From the NCBI GenBank assembly GCA_951406725.2, contig OX597825.1, positions 84,940,001-85,004,000 on the forward strand: a DNA stretch of 64,000 bases, read 5' to 3'. Under the pieces are notes generated by a model. That model searched no databases. It was not told the origin of the DNA and saw nothing but the letters and a program-made list of their open reading frames with translations. The stretch comes from Octopus vulgaris (lineage: Eukaryota). Below are positions 30,758 through 45,012 of the stretch, in pieces. Position 1 is the stretch's first letter, and each line of letters begins with the position of its first letter. A program made the position numbers and the translations under genes.

Positions 30758-31451
30758 ATATATATATATATATAAAATGGCGGTGCCCCAGCATGGCCAC
30801 AGCTTGTTTGCTGAAACTAAATAAAAATATATATATATATATATGCGTGTTTGTGTGTATGTCTGAGTAATCTTGTGTTTCCAAAGACGACCGCCCCAAC
30901 AGTACTCATAAATGCATAGAGACTAAATATTTAACAATTCTGATACCTCTAATTCTTTCAACTCAGACACCCGCGACCATCAATACCGTTGATTGCATAA
31001 CAGAATCACCGAAACTCAGTCGTTGAAAAGTAAGCATATTATAAACTCTCAACTTATGGAACGTACGAGTCCGTACGTGTTGCTCAAATTAGTATATAAA
31101 GTTTTCGGAGAATTTATACACATGTAGCAACAGAATCTTTCAAGTCTATGACAATCAAATCCGCCATTTACCCACCTCTTATTTCTCTGATAGGATATTA
31201 ATGGCCATAATATTTAGTATGGAAGTAATGTTTAGAATCTAATTTGTATTAAACATATTAAAGTAATGCGAATTAATAAAATATTCATGGCATATAATCA
31301 CTTCTGAAAGCGATTTATATTATTCTTTATATTTCATTACTTCGAAATAAAATCAACAATAATACGCTTAAGAAGTTTTCAGAGCATCTGAAATTACCAT
31401 CGATATATATGTGTGTGCGTGTGTCTCCTCATTCTTTGTATATATTATACG

Positions 31452-31845
31452 AGGCGCAATGGCCCAGTGGTTAGGGCAGCGGACTCGCGGTCATAGGATC
31501 GCGGTTTCGATTCCCAGACCGGGCGTCGTGAGTGTTTATTGAGCGAAAACACCTAAAGCTCCACGAGGCTCCGGCAGGGGATGGTGGTGATCCCTGCTGT
31601 ACTCTTTCACCACAACTTTCTCTCACTCTTACTTCCTATTTCTGTTGTACCTGCATTTCAAAGGGCCGGCCTTGTCACTCTCTGTGTCACGCTGAATATC
31701 CCCGAGAACTACGTTAAGGGTGCACGTGTCTGTGGAGTGCTCAGCCACTTACACGTTAATTTCACGAGCAGGCTGTTCCGTTGATTCGGATCAACCGGAA
31801 CCCTCGTCGTCGTAACCGACGGAGTGCTTCCATCCATCCATCCAT
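31452..31845 (+). mobile_element. Full-length tRNA-derived SINE family C with (CCAT)n tail and probable TSD
   Basis: A box tggcccagtgg, B box ggtttcgattccc, tRNA-like head and a ccat-repeat tail. The sequence atatattat occurs on both flanks (31440-31448 and 31844-31852). Confidence 0.85.
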
Positions 31846-32162
31846 ATATTATCCTGATTTCCGCCCCCCTCCTACAAAAATCTCTATTCTACTCCATCAT
31901 CCCATGACCACACTTTTATTTATTGTTTTCTTTCAGGCAAAAATCAAGGACCGGAGGACGCACAATGTGACGTAACACACCTTTCATTCAAGTTTGATGA
32001 CGTGACACTCTAATGTCTAAAACCGCAAATGTTACTTAAATTTTCACTTCCAATTTCTACGTAAACTGGCGTTGCAAGTTAGGGTTGGCACCGAAACAAT
32101 TGTAACGATCATTAAAGGTGTGTTAAAGAATTCTCATTGTTCATGTCTTACCTGGATTGCAG

Positions 32163-32198
<36 letters not shown>

Positions 32199-32609
32199 CA
32201 CACGCACAGGAGCACACACACACACACACACACACATATGTCAATACATACATATATATGTATGTAGACGGAAGTTGGTGTTATCTGATGATGGAATCTA
32301 GTTGCAATCATCATTATTTGGGACTACCTAAAACCTCCCAAAATCTCTCTCTCGACCCCTTTAATTACTGGTATCGTTGCTATTCCGTGTAAGTCAGAAC
32401 TTTTTATACGTAAACATATGTATATTTTTTGTATTGAATATATTTAATATTTTTTGTATATCAACTTGCTTAACTTGCTTGTCCTTACATTTACACGTGG
32501 TGGTGCCCCAGCATGGCCACCGCCTCAGGACGGAAACATATAAAAGAATAAAAGAATATGAGCCTGTGTGTGCGTGTCTATTAATATTAGTTTTTTATGC
32601 CTAGTTATA

Positions 32610-32815
32610 ATTGTTTCTAATTTTGGCTGAAATCCCGCAGTTTTAGTGGGAGGGACAAGTTGATAACACATCGACCGCTGAATATTTTGGTATTATAATT
32701 TATCGACCGCGAAAGAATTAAAGGTAAACCTGGTCTCAGTGATAACGTAAAGAACCGGTTACAATGCCGCTAAGCATTTTATCCGATACGATGACGTTTC
32801 TGCCATCTCAATTCC
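32610..32815 (-). mobile_element. SINE family B copy (degenerate)
   Basis: tttatcgaccgcgaaag..aaaggtaaa..ccgctaagcattt. Confidence 0.6.
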
Positions 32816-33673
32816 TTGTTGTCAAGTTATAAGAAACATTTTTACGTTAAACTAAAGGATTACCCAATACTTGAACTAGAGTACGTCTATAAAATGTCTA
32901 TAAGAAATGTGACAGTGACATCGGAGTTGCTGCCTGGACAACCTTGTCGTCTGTATGTCTATGCATATATATGTGTACGTAACATCATATATGTACAAAA
33001 GTGCAAATATCCTTCATATAAATGTAATATTCAAATCGAAAAGAAACTCCATTACCGTTCATTTAACACGCTACATTACTCTGAGTTTCTTTGACATCAA
33101 CCGATGATATCAACAAATCATATTTTTCATCACTCTAGATACACGTATCACAGTTCTAAAGTGAAATTATTTTAAAATTCACTTCAACCTGCAGGAAAAT
33201 ATATGTTAAATAAATATACGGAAAAATATAAAAAGAAAAAAAATATTTAAAAAACCACACCCAGGACAAATTGAAGTTGAGAAAAAAACCATTATAAGTA
33301 TTTAAGTACAGGAAATGAAACATCTATTTGAGAGCAGCCTAAGGCAAGAATCTTTACTCATAATTTCTTCTTGAACCTTTTGTGTAAGAAGATACCTCTT
33401 AGAAAGAAATCTGTTTAGAAAACTAAAGTCGATATCAACGAAATAAGCACGAAATGCACATTTTTCAAATCGTTTCAATTCAATAGAATTCTTAGAGAGG
33501 GAAACAGAAGAATTCCGTGACACAGAAAGTGTTCGATATATGAAGAAGGTAAACTATATGAAGGATCTAATTTTTATAGTGTGTCCCTATATGCAGGCAT
33601 GTGTGTGTGTTCCTCTGTGTGTGTGAGAATATGCGTGCGATTGATATGTTTGCATGTATATATACATACGTAC

Positions 33674-33714
<41 letters not shown>

Positions 33715-33829
33715 AAGAGAGGGGGAGAAGAGAGGGCATATACATATATACATGCATGCGTATATGTATACAGTGTTACACACACACATATATATAAAAT
33801 AATGATAACAATAATATAAAATAAATAAC

Positions 33830-33891
<62 letters not shown>

Positions 33892-34566
33892 TAACAATAA
33901 AGCTTAGAGCAAATCGTTTTTGTATAATATATTCTTTGTATTATCTCGTTATACTTGTTTTGTAATTTATATACATATGCAAAGAAATGTAACCTGCGTG
34001 TGTGATTGCAAATAATAGTTTTAATTCGCTTCTGTGCTATCTAAATATATTCTGTGCCATACAACAATACTTTTGGAATTTTAGAAGAATGATATAGGAA
34101 TTGTATAGTTTTTAATAAACTTTACATATATATATATATATATATATTCAGAATGAAATAACAAGAAGGAAATACGTGACATTATAGAATTACAATATAA
34201 CTTTAAATCAAACAAACAAATAATATTATATTATGTAGAAATTAAAGGTGTATAAACAAATTTACAAAATATTGGATGAAGAAAAGTCATTAGTGAAACG
34301 TGAAATACGCTGAATACTACTGTTACTACTACTGCTGCTGCTGCTGCTGTTGCAAATTATGAGGAGGAGGAGGAGCAGGAGGAGGAGGAGCAGGAGGAGG
34401 AGTTGGAGGGGAAGGAGGAGGAGGAGGAGGAGGAGGGGGAGAATGAGGAGGCGGATACTATTCAGAATAACAAATTCGTTGTGGAATGATATTTTATGTG
34501 CGTGTATATACATACACACACATATAAATATATGCATCAACATATAATGTTTAGGTGCGTAGACAA

Positions 34567-34599
<33 letters not shown>

Positions 34600-34849
34600 T
34601 AGATAGATAGATATATAGATAGACAGATTGACTGGTTTATTGATTGATTGATTGGTTAATTGCTTGATTGATTCACTGATTGAGTATAGCCTTAGGTTTC
34701 CGTTGGAAGTCCTTCACCAGAAGAAAGAGATAATCATACGAAGCGGATAGAGGAAATGATAAAGGATCTAGTCATTGAAGTTGTTGGTCGAGTTTAATTA
34801 TGAAAAGGGAAACCGGTATGTGTGTATATATATATAAGTATGCATGTAC

Positions 34850-34892
<43 letters not shown>

Positions 34893-35050
34893 TATTTAAG
34901 TAGTTGAATGAATTATCTTAGTATGGATACCTGGGTAGCAAATTCACGTCAGAAAAACACGGTTGAAGCTACAAGACAAGAGCAGAGATCACGTTAAATC
35001 GTCGTTCAACTCCATTCTTTCATTTATTTATATATATATATATATATATA

Positions 35051-35431
35051 CTAGCAGTATCGCCCGGCGTTGCTCAGGTTTGTAAGGGAAATAACTATAA
35101 AGCATTTTTAGAGAGTTATAGCCAAAAAATAGCAAAAAAATGGAAAAAAAATGATGGTAAATTTTTTTTGAGAGTTAAAACAGGTGGAGTTGCGTCCCCT
35201 AGACGGTCTGTGGTTTGGGTTTCTCATTCTCGACCCCATGTCGAATTTATCGATTTTTTCAGAACTGGGGGAACTTTTCAAAATTTTCGCTGCGTTAGTT
35301 TTGAATTATGACATTGGGCTATGTGTGTGTCAAGTTTCATCAGAATCGGTTGAAAGCCGTGGTCAGAGTGAAGGTACGAGAAAACAGACACACAGAAACA
35401 CGCACAGACAAACTGCCGTTTATATAGAGAG

Positions 35432-35432
<1 letters not shown>
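35051..35432 (-). mobile_element. Non-autonomous Helitron, inverted near-identical copy of 7964-8347
   Basis: Aligns by eye over the whole length with roughly 15 differences. Has the same TC...CTAG termini and is inserted in a TA tract. Confidence 0.88.
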
Positions 35433-35473
<41 letters not shown>

Positions 35474-36064
35474 TTGTGTGTTTGAGTGTGTGTCTACGTA
35501 TATATATATATATATATAAATGTGTGTGTGTGTATGTTTTGTGGAATTCCTTAGGTATATTCACCAAGTATGTCTCCGCAAAGTCTCCGCCTAATTTCGT
35601 AAAACAAGGAGATTATATCGAACAGCGTTGCACTTCGTTCACAAATACATTTCTCACTATTTTAGAGGACACATTTCATAGCAGATCTACTTGGCCAGTT
35701 CCCATCAGGTTTCATTCACAATAACAGCAACAACAACAGTCGTACCAAAGCCTGTTTCCCGAGCAGCCACAAGCAGAAGGCAAATGTTTATGATATCACA
35801 CACTTAAAACAGGAAGTGTGCAATACAGATATAGTTCTAGATGTTCAATATAAGCACAAAATATATTTGACGGTCATTGATTGAATGTCTCTGATTATAA
35901 TTTTAGTTTAAGAGTTTTAAGCAACTTGCCGCTAAAGAACAAGTTTTTTTTGGCAGAGGTAGCAGTGACAGATTCGATCTGGAAACCAGGTGTTTGCAGA
36001 GACATTTTATAGAACCACGCAGTCATATGTGTATCTAGTAAGCAATATTGGTGATTTAGATAAA

Positions 36065-36645
36065 GCTGCGACCTGGTAGAATCGTTAGCACGCCGGGTGA
36101 GATGCTTAGCAGTATTTCGTCTGCACTACGTTCTGAGTTCAAATTCCGCCGTGGTCGACTTTGCCTTTCATCCTTTCGGGGTCGATTAAATAAGTATCAG
36201 TTACGCACTAGGGTCGAAGTAATCGACTTAATCCCTTTATCTGTCCTTGTTTGTCCCCTCTGTGTTTAGCCCCTTGTGGGTAGTAAAGAAATAAGTATTT
36301 CGTCTGCGCTACGTTCTGAGTTCAAATTCCCCCGTGGTCGACTTTGCCTTTTATCCTTTCGGGGTCGATAAATTAAGTACCAGTCGCGCACTGGGGTCGA
36401 TGTAATCGACTTAATCCCTTTGTCTGTCCTCGTTTGTCCCCTCTATGTTTAGCCCCTTGTGGTCAATAAAGAAATAGGTATTTCGTCTGTCTTTACGTTC
36501 TGAGTTCAAATTTCGCCGAAATCCACTTTGCCTTTCATACTTTCGGGGTCGATATTTTCAGTACAAGTTGCGTACTGGGGTCGATCTAATCGACTGGCTC
36601 CCTCCCCCAGAACGTTGGGCCTTGTGCCTACAGCAGAAAAGAATG
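36065..36645 (+). mobile_element. SINE family B with its body triplicated in tandem (183-bp period)
   Basis: The unit start gtatttcgtctg..tacgttctgagttcaaatt occurs at 36111, 36294 and 36477. Confidence 0.88.
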
Positions 36646-37984
36646 TTGGTGATTTAAATGAAAATCTACATTATTTCAATTTTGATGTTACTATATAAGG
36701 AAGTCTAACAACCACGTGATACAGAGAGGATAACAGGCGTAGGAGTTTTCAAGAAGTGACTATAAACTACTATGAAAGGATTTAGGAGACGATACCTTAG
36801 ATTATTAAAGTAAGAGATTAATCTAAACCGGAGCCTAAGGCCATATTTGTTTTAATATTTATGAGAAGGATCTAGAAGCCAGATAGATATTTACTGGTTA
36901 TTCTGGATAGTAAATGGGAAGAAAGTATTATTTATATAAGCAAGATGTGATGCTAATAGCATTTATAGCGTGGGTATAAAATGCACGCAGAGCGAGGGAA
37001 ACAGTGCAGCAATAACGTAATGTGGAGGTGCTGGCTCTTAAAAGGGTTAGCAGTGAATGAAAGTTAAATTTATAGCTTATACGAATCTAATGAATTCAGG
37101 AGAAGGTATTATGAAAGAAATAGATTGTAAACCAACGAAAATGTATGCAATGATACTTGGAAAGAAGATAAATATAACTGTAGCACAAATGAAAATCGAT
37201 CGAAGTGGCTGAGACTGATATAGTGTTGCGTGCATCACATTGAATGGTTCTTCAATCAAACAACTTCAGATTTTGCATATATGAAGTCACAACACCAATA
37301 TTATATAATATAACTCTGCTTAAAAATACAAATATTAAAATTATTGGGAAAATGGTGAAAGAATTATTTAAATAACTGCAACTGCATTATTGCTACACTT
37401 CACTCATATATATTACACGGAACAGAAAAACCTCCGTTAACTGGAATTAGCTATGATGCAATTACGAGCAATGTTCTCTCTGTATGGGCGTATTTAAAGT
37501 CTAAATAAAATAAAATCGAATAAAATTAATTGAAACTGTGGTAAAATAAAGAAAACACGGTATATACATGGACCGAATATTTCACTCTTAAACGGTGGCC
37601 ATGGCCATCATCAAAGGAAAGGGAATATTCTACGGAACTCTTCCACAATGGTATTGTAAATTTTATTGTGCGAAAGACTAGCAATTATTTTAATGTTTGT
37701 ATTTACTTAAAAGGAATAGGGATAAGAAAATTACCATGTCTCGGTTTTAATATACCTCTTCAGAGTAGTGTATTGATCTTGGTATGGATGAGATTAATCA
37801 ATACACATGGCCTCATGAATTAGGACTGAGTTTTAGAGATCATTAAACGCTGAGAAACATACACACATACATAGAGCCACACATACACACACACATACAC
37901 ACGTACACACACATACACACGCACACACACAAATATTATTTAATGATTAACATTGCTTTAATAATTACAGTTCTATATGCCCAC

Positions 37985-38058
37985 AGTACATGGCGTAGTG
38001 CTTAAGAGCGTGGGCTACTAACCCCAAGATTCCGAGTTCGATTCCGGGCAGTGACCTG

Positions 38059-38092
<34 letters not shown>

Positions 38093-38246
38093 TCATCGAA
38101 AGATATCTTAGGAATGAGAACCCAGGTTCGAAATTTCCCTAAGACACCTGATGAAGGCCGGAAGGTATATCAGCCGAAACGTTGTGTTAACAACAAACAA
38201 GATGAGGACAACTATCCGTCAAATGTAAATAATGTAAATAATGTAC
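37985..38246 (+). mobile_element. tRNA-headed SINE-like element D with an internal (TAA)n tract and a hammerhead-bearing tail
   Basis: A box tggcgtagtg, B box gagttcgattcc, TAA tract, hammerhead motif, and terminal repeated aatgtaaat. Confidence 0.75.
38143..38188 (+). ncRNA. Minimal type I hammerhead ribozyme motif (PLE-type)
   Basis: Stem I gacac/gtgtt; CTGATGA-a; stem II ggccg...cagcc (one mismatch); GAAAC-GTT with a loopless palindromic ACGT stem III. Confidence 0.7.
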
Positions 38247-39274
38247 AAAATATACTTTAATGGTTGTCTCCTGTAATTGACATATATTTCTTTCGTAAAG
38301 TATGATTATTTCTTGTGAGCTTCTTGCATGAAATATACCGTTATATGCCGAGCTTATGTAATTATCAGAAATTATGTAAAATTACCGAGAGAAAGAACAG
38401 GATATATAACTTTGGTAAAGAGGAATAGAAAACGGGACTCAGCTGCAATAAAAGGAAATGTAGATTATATGTGCTTGGAATGTGAGTTAGGAATTCTATG
38501 GAATGGATAAGAGGAAGGGAGAGAGAAAAAGATACAGAGGGGAGAGAGTATTGGTGAAAACCATGGTAATATATGAGAACATAAAACACTATTCGTGTTC
38601 GCAAATCTAGATTTATGGCGAGCATGAGAGCGAGTTTGTGAGATCAAACATTGCTTTAGTGATCAAGATGAAATGTCTAAACTCCAATGTTGTTTCAGCC
38701 ACCGAGTATTCTGGAATTGGTACCAAACAATAAAATATTCTGATCTCGATCAAAGTACTTCGTCAAGAAAATAAATGATAATGTTAATATTTGTTTCTTA
38801 GATGTAAGGACTAAAACAATGTCCTCATTTTCCCACCGCTACTTATGTTATCGATCTCGAAGCGATGAAATACAAAGCCGCATGGGCTTTCGAAATCCGC
38901 ACCTAAAGCGTTGTGAATAAACGGGGTCAAACATTTTAGACGGAGTTCTCATAATTCTGCCAATTTATCCTTATTTTGCGGGTTTACTTTACAGATAAAT
39001 TACCGTCTTGATGGATGCTCCACCAATTCTCTCAAATGACCATTCTTAATAATTTCGTTACAAGGCTAGCAGTTTTAAGGAAAAAGCACAAGTCGATTAC
39101 GTGGACACAAGCGAATATTTTAATTGTGTTTTATTTCATCACCCTCAAAAGGATGAAAATCAAAATTGACCTTTGCTTTTTCAGGATTTGAATTCAGAAT
39201 TTAAGCAACCGGAAATAGTATCACTCGGCGATTCTGCCTCTTAACCGCTTTACCTTCTCAATTATATTATTTAT

Positions 39275-39545
39275 GTTGGTTTCAGATCTTGACACAAGAC
39301 CAACTTTGAGCAAATGGCTAAGTCTTTTGTTGGATTCAGATTTTGACACAAGACCAGCAACTTTGAGGGAATGGCTAAGTCGATTGTATCGATCCTAGTG
39401 ACCAGCTGGTACTTATTTCATCGACCTCGGGATTATGAACGGGAAATTGACCTCAGCGGAATTTGAACACAAGAACTAAAAATGGGTGAAATACCGCTAA
39501 GAAATCTGCCCTGCATGCTAACAACACTACCAGTTCTTCGTCCTA
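39275..39545 (-). mobile_element. SINE family B copy with an approximately 55-bp terminal tandem duplication
   Basis: gttgg.ttcagat.ttgacacaagacca...tggctaagtc occurs twice, followed by the family B body. More decayed copies lie at about 38800-39250. Confidence 0.7.
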
Positions 39546-39916
39546 AATACAATTAATCATGTTACTTTCAAGAACTATATGACACTAGTTTAGATTTACA
39601 TATTAAAAGTAACATGTTCAATTATGATTATAATCACAAGAATTACAAAATGCAATGGCTTTGTGCCGAGCAGGATATTAAGAAGTGTATAACAGAGATA
39701 ATGTTAGTAAAAATGCATTAGTGTTATTTGTACTACAACGAATACTGGGATGAAGCTTCGGTTTAATATTTAATAAGCTTGGAATGTAATGTAAGATGTT
39801 CTAATGGAGAAAGGAAATAACATAACAAGGAAACAATAATAGCAACGACATTAAAAATAACAGTTACAATAGAATTAAAACAAAGACGAACCAATGTAAT
39901 GACAGAGGTTGGTAAC

Positions 39917-40510
<594 letters not shown>

Positions 40511-40968
40511 ACGACGGTGATAATAACGGTAACAATAAAAACAGCAATAAAAAGATAAAGAGGAGCAACAACAACAACAAGAAAAGTATGGAAGGTGATT
40601 GCCATTGCTGTTGTCGATGATAATTGAAGAGAAGAGAGCGAGAAGCAGGGGTGGAGGGGCCGTGAGGGGTGGCGGTGGGAGTTGATTGGAAAGCTGCAAT
40701 GGCGGCGAAGCAGTAAAAATGGAGGAAGACAAAAGTGAAAAGGTTTTTCAGAAAGGCGAAGTAAAAGCCAACAACAGGATATTTTTGGTTAGCACTAATG
40801 TAGAAAGACAGAACTACTAATAAGAAATGAATGCTTTGCTGGTGGAATGGTTTGGTGCGGGGTTTTGTTTGGTGTAGAATTTTGTTATTTTTGTTGATGA
40901 ATTTCTTTCTTGAAATTATGTAATTCTAATTGCAATAGTGTCTAATGGAAGCTGGGAATGGGAATGAA

Positions 40969-41031
<63 letters not shown>

Positions 41032-41502
41032 TGTGTGTGTCTGTATGTGAATATATGTGTGCTCGCAGAGAGAGAGAGAGAGAGAGAGCGTTTGTACGTA
41101 TGTGTGTGTGTGGTTGTAAGTATGAATGTATGTCTCGCACATGATGTGAGAGTGTGTGAAAGAGAGAGAAAGACAGAGAGGAAGAGAGAGAGAGAGAGAG
41201 AGAGAGAGGCAGAGAGGCAGAGAGGCAAAGAGAGAGAGAGCGTTTGTATGTATGTGTGTGTATGGGTATGAGTATAAATGTATGTTTGGAACATGATGTG
41301 AGAGTGTGTGTCAGAGAGAGACAGACAGACAGACAGCGCGTTAGTATGTATGTGGGGCCGTGTGTATGGATGTATGTTTGTCAGTTAATATGTTTGTAGG
41401 TGTGTGTCTGTGTGTGTCTATGTCTGTTTGTGTGTAAGCGAGAGAGAGAGAGAGGCAGAGAGAGAGAGGCAGAGAGAGAGAGCGTTTGTATGTGTGAGAG
41501 AG

Positions 41503-41538
<36 letters not shown>

Positions 41539-41956
41539 CGACAGAGAAGAGAGCGTTCGTATGTGTGTGCGGATGCATGTTCGTCATTTGAGATGTCTGT
41601 ATGATTGTATGTGGTTCAATGTATGTATGCGTGTTTCTGTCCGTTTGTTTTTTTAATATGTGTATGAATGCGGGTAAATGTAAATGTGTGTATGTGTGAC
41701 AGCGTTTGTGTGTGTGTTGGTGTATATAAGTGTATGTCTGTTGTGTGTGCCGGGGTATATATTATGTGAGAGTGTAAATGTATTTGGGTGTATGACAGAG
41801 TTTCTGTTTGTTTCTATGTACAGTAATCTCTCGCCATATCGCGATTCACTTATCGCGGTTTATTACTTAAGCTTACGCCAAATCCTCCGTGGTGGTCTTT
41901 TGCATTTATAATAAAATAAAATATATACAAATTATAAAAATTTAAAGAAAACTTAT

Positions 41957-42606
<650 letters not shown>

Positions 42607-43652
42607 AGAAAAGGGCAGTACTGTTTCCACTTCACGGATTTTCACTTATCGCGTTAGGTGGGGGTGGAACATAGCACCCGCAATAGTCGAGGGATTGCTG
42701 TATATATGAGTGTACGTGCGCTTGTGCACCTTGCTGTGGGTGCGTCTGCGATGAGGGAGAGTGTGTATATGTGTGTCTGGGTGAGAGAGTGCAAGCAAAT
42801 AAGTGCTTAAATATGAGATTGCGTATATAACGAGAGTTAGAGGGAGAGAGGGGGAAAGAGAGACAGAGAAAGAGAGATAGAGAGATAGATAGACTGAAAG
42901 AGTGAGGAAACTGGTGTGAGTTTGTGTGTGTGTGATTACGCTGGTTGTTGTGAGTGTACATGAGGAGTGTGTGTTTATGCATATATGTGCGTATATGCTT
43001 CAGCTTGTGCGTGTACATGTGTGTGCGTATGTGGCTATAGCAGTGGGTGGAATAAAGGTGAATGAATATATGCGTGTGTATATATGTGCGTGTGCGTGTG
43101 TGTGTATGTCTGTGTTCATAAGATGGCTAAGCATATTTGTGTGTACGTGTGTCTCTGAGAGTATGTGTAATAGTGCACACATACATGCATACATGCACAC
43201 ACGCACACACACGTATATATACATACACGCACATATGTGTGTATGTGCCTATGAGTACGAGAGAGTCAGTAAAATCGTGTGTGCGTATGCGTGAGCGCGC
43301 GCATATGTATTTGAGTGGTAAGATGAATCGAGGTGGTTTGTGGGTAGGTTATGAAGTAAAGCGGGTGGCTGCTGTGGGTTTGGGGGGTGGAGCGGTTGTC
43401 AATATCAATAGAAAGAGAGAAGTAACACTTGTAATAATACCAATTGTTATTGATGGTTTAATGGTTAATATGGAGGCTGAGAGCATCGAGTAAGATCTGG
43501 GTGAGGGTGGAGTGGGGTGGAAAGGAACGGTGTGGTGTTGGTGATGAGGGAAAAAGCGGAGGTGGTGGGAGTTAAAGATGAAAGCGTAAAAAGAAAAAAA
43601 GAAAGAACGTTTTAGGAAACGAAACGGTAATAGATTTGTTAGCTAGTAGTGC

Positions 43653-43737
<85 letters not shown>

Positions 43738-44144
43738 GCTGATGCTGGTGCTGGTGCTGGTGCTGGTGCTGGTGGTGGCAAGAGAGAATGAAGTGGCAAT
43801 AAAACTGTATCTTGAAGAGTGTTCTGGACAAAATGTTTATTTCACGGTATCGAACAAACCGTTTAATTAAATGCTCACACACACCCACAAACACACACAC
43901 ACACACTCACGCACACACACACAAGTATATATAATAGGCATACATACATATACATACATATAGATATGCTTATATTTATGTATATATATATATGTATATA
44001 TGTACCTTTGTATGCAATATGTGGTTTCATATAATACTTTGGCTTTCACAGAAGGGTCTCCTAGCTGACCACATAGTAATCTAAAGACCCAATCAATGGA
44101 ATTATGCCGTGAGAAATACATAAGCCATAAAAAGACAGGAAGAC

Positions 44145-44530
44145 TGGCGAATATATTTATTTAAACATTTGATATCCGTAGGATTACCGCGATTTTTGCA
44201 GCCTCCAGCATGTGATAATAATTTAAGTGTATAATAAATTATTTTACATGCCCGGACTTAAATGCGTGTTAAGCATTTTACATTTCAGTCAACTCTGAAG
44301 GTTGAAGCGTTGCTATAACAATGACGCTGTTATAATCTCAAAAGCTAGGCTTCTATATCTGCATTGATTTGTAAATGTACAATTGTATTGCACAAGGCCA
44401 AGCATGCATGTTGGCGCAGGCAACTAAAATAATGTATATTATCCACTGAAATTAGTATTACATGATGAAGGCTTCGAAACGGCGGTAATCCTACAGATAG
44501 CAAGTAGTTAACTAAATACATTCACTACTC
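44145..44530. repeat. Degenerate foldback element (inverted arms over 100 bp)
   Basis: gatatccgtaggattaccgc..gcagcctccagcatgtgataata pairs with tattacatgatgaaggcttc..gcggtaatcctacagatag. Similarity extends inward to ggca..taaaataat. Confidence 0.7.
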
Positions 44531-44787
44531 CTACCACCTGCATTTTTATATATGTATGCATGTATGTATGTATGTATGTATGTATGTATGTATGTATGTA
44601 TGTATGTATGGATGGATGGATGGATGGATGGATGGATGGATGGATGTCCACATACATATGTAAGTGCATATAAGTGTGTGACTGTGTATTAAAATAAAAA
44701 AAGAGATGTCTGAAGAAGCTGATCATGAACAGGAGAGGAAAATATTTAGACTTTTAGAAAAATAAAAATATATACAGAAAATATATA

Positions 44788-44867
44788 CAGTACTTTTCTA
44801 CTTCGCGGATTTTCACTATCGCGGGACGTTTTGGAACCTAACACACGCGATAGTCGACGGATTACTG
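44788..44867. mobile_element. Right end of a second Tigger-like MITE
   Basis: cttcgcggattttcactatcgcg...cgcgatagtcgacggattactg|TA matches 42630-42700. Confidence 0.65.
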
Positions 44868-45012
44868 TATATGAAAGAGTCTGTTCAGTACATAGTTACT
44901 AAGGGCGACACATCCAATAAAATGAGTCATATTGATTTGGAGACGGACAAAGGGGCAAGGGAAAATACTTACAAGAATATAAATAAAGAAGGAGATTTTT
45001 AAAATCACTTAC

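Noticed and set aside
31452-31525. tRNA gene (likewise 37985-38055)
   Set aside because: The tRNA-like head continues into a SINE body and tail, and there is no clean acceptor stem or terminator.
32285-32315. CTGATGA motif
   Set aside because: There is no downstream GAAA or stem arrangement.
36111-36645. CRISPR-like array
   Set aside because: The units are long and nearly identical with no unique spacers, the context is a eukaryotic SINE, and there are no cas genes.
37732-37768. Minus-strand hammerhead-like CTGAAGA-ggt..acc-GAGAC-atg-GTA
   Set aside because: The core has GAGAC instead of GAAAC and stem I does not pair. At best a dead relic, possibly chance.
44456-44490. atgatgaaggcttcgaaacggc resembling a hammerhead
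   Set aside because: It lacks C3, a proper stem II and an NUH triplet, and is explained as one arm of the foldback element.
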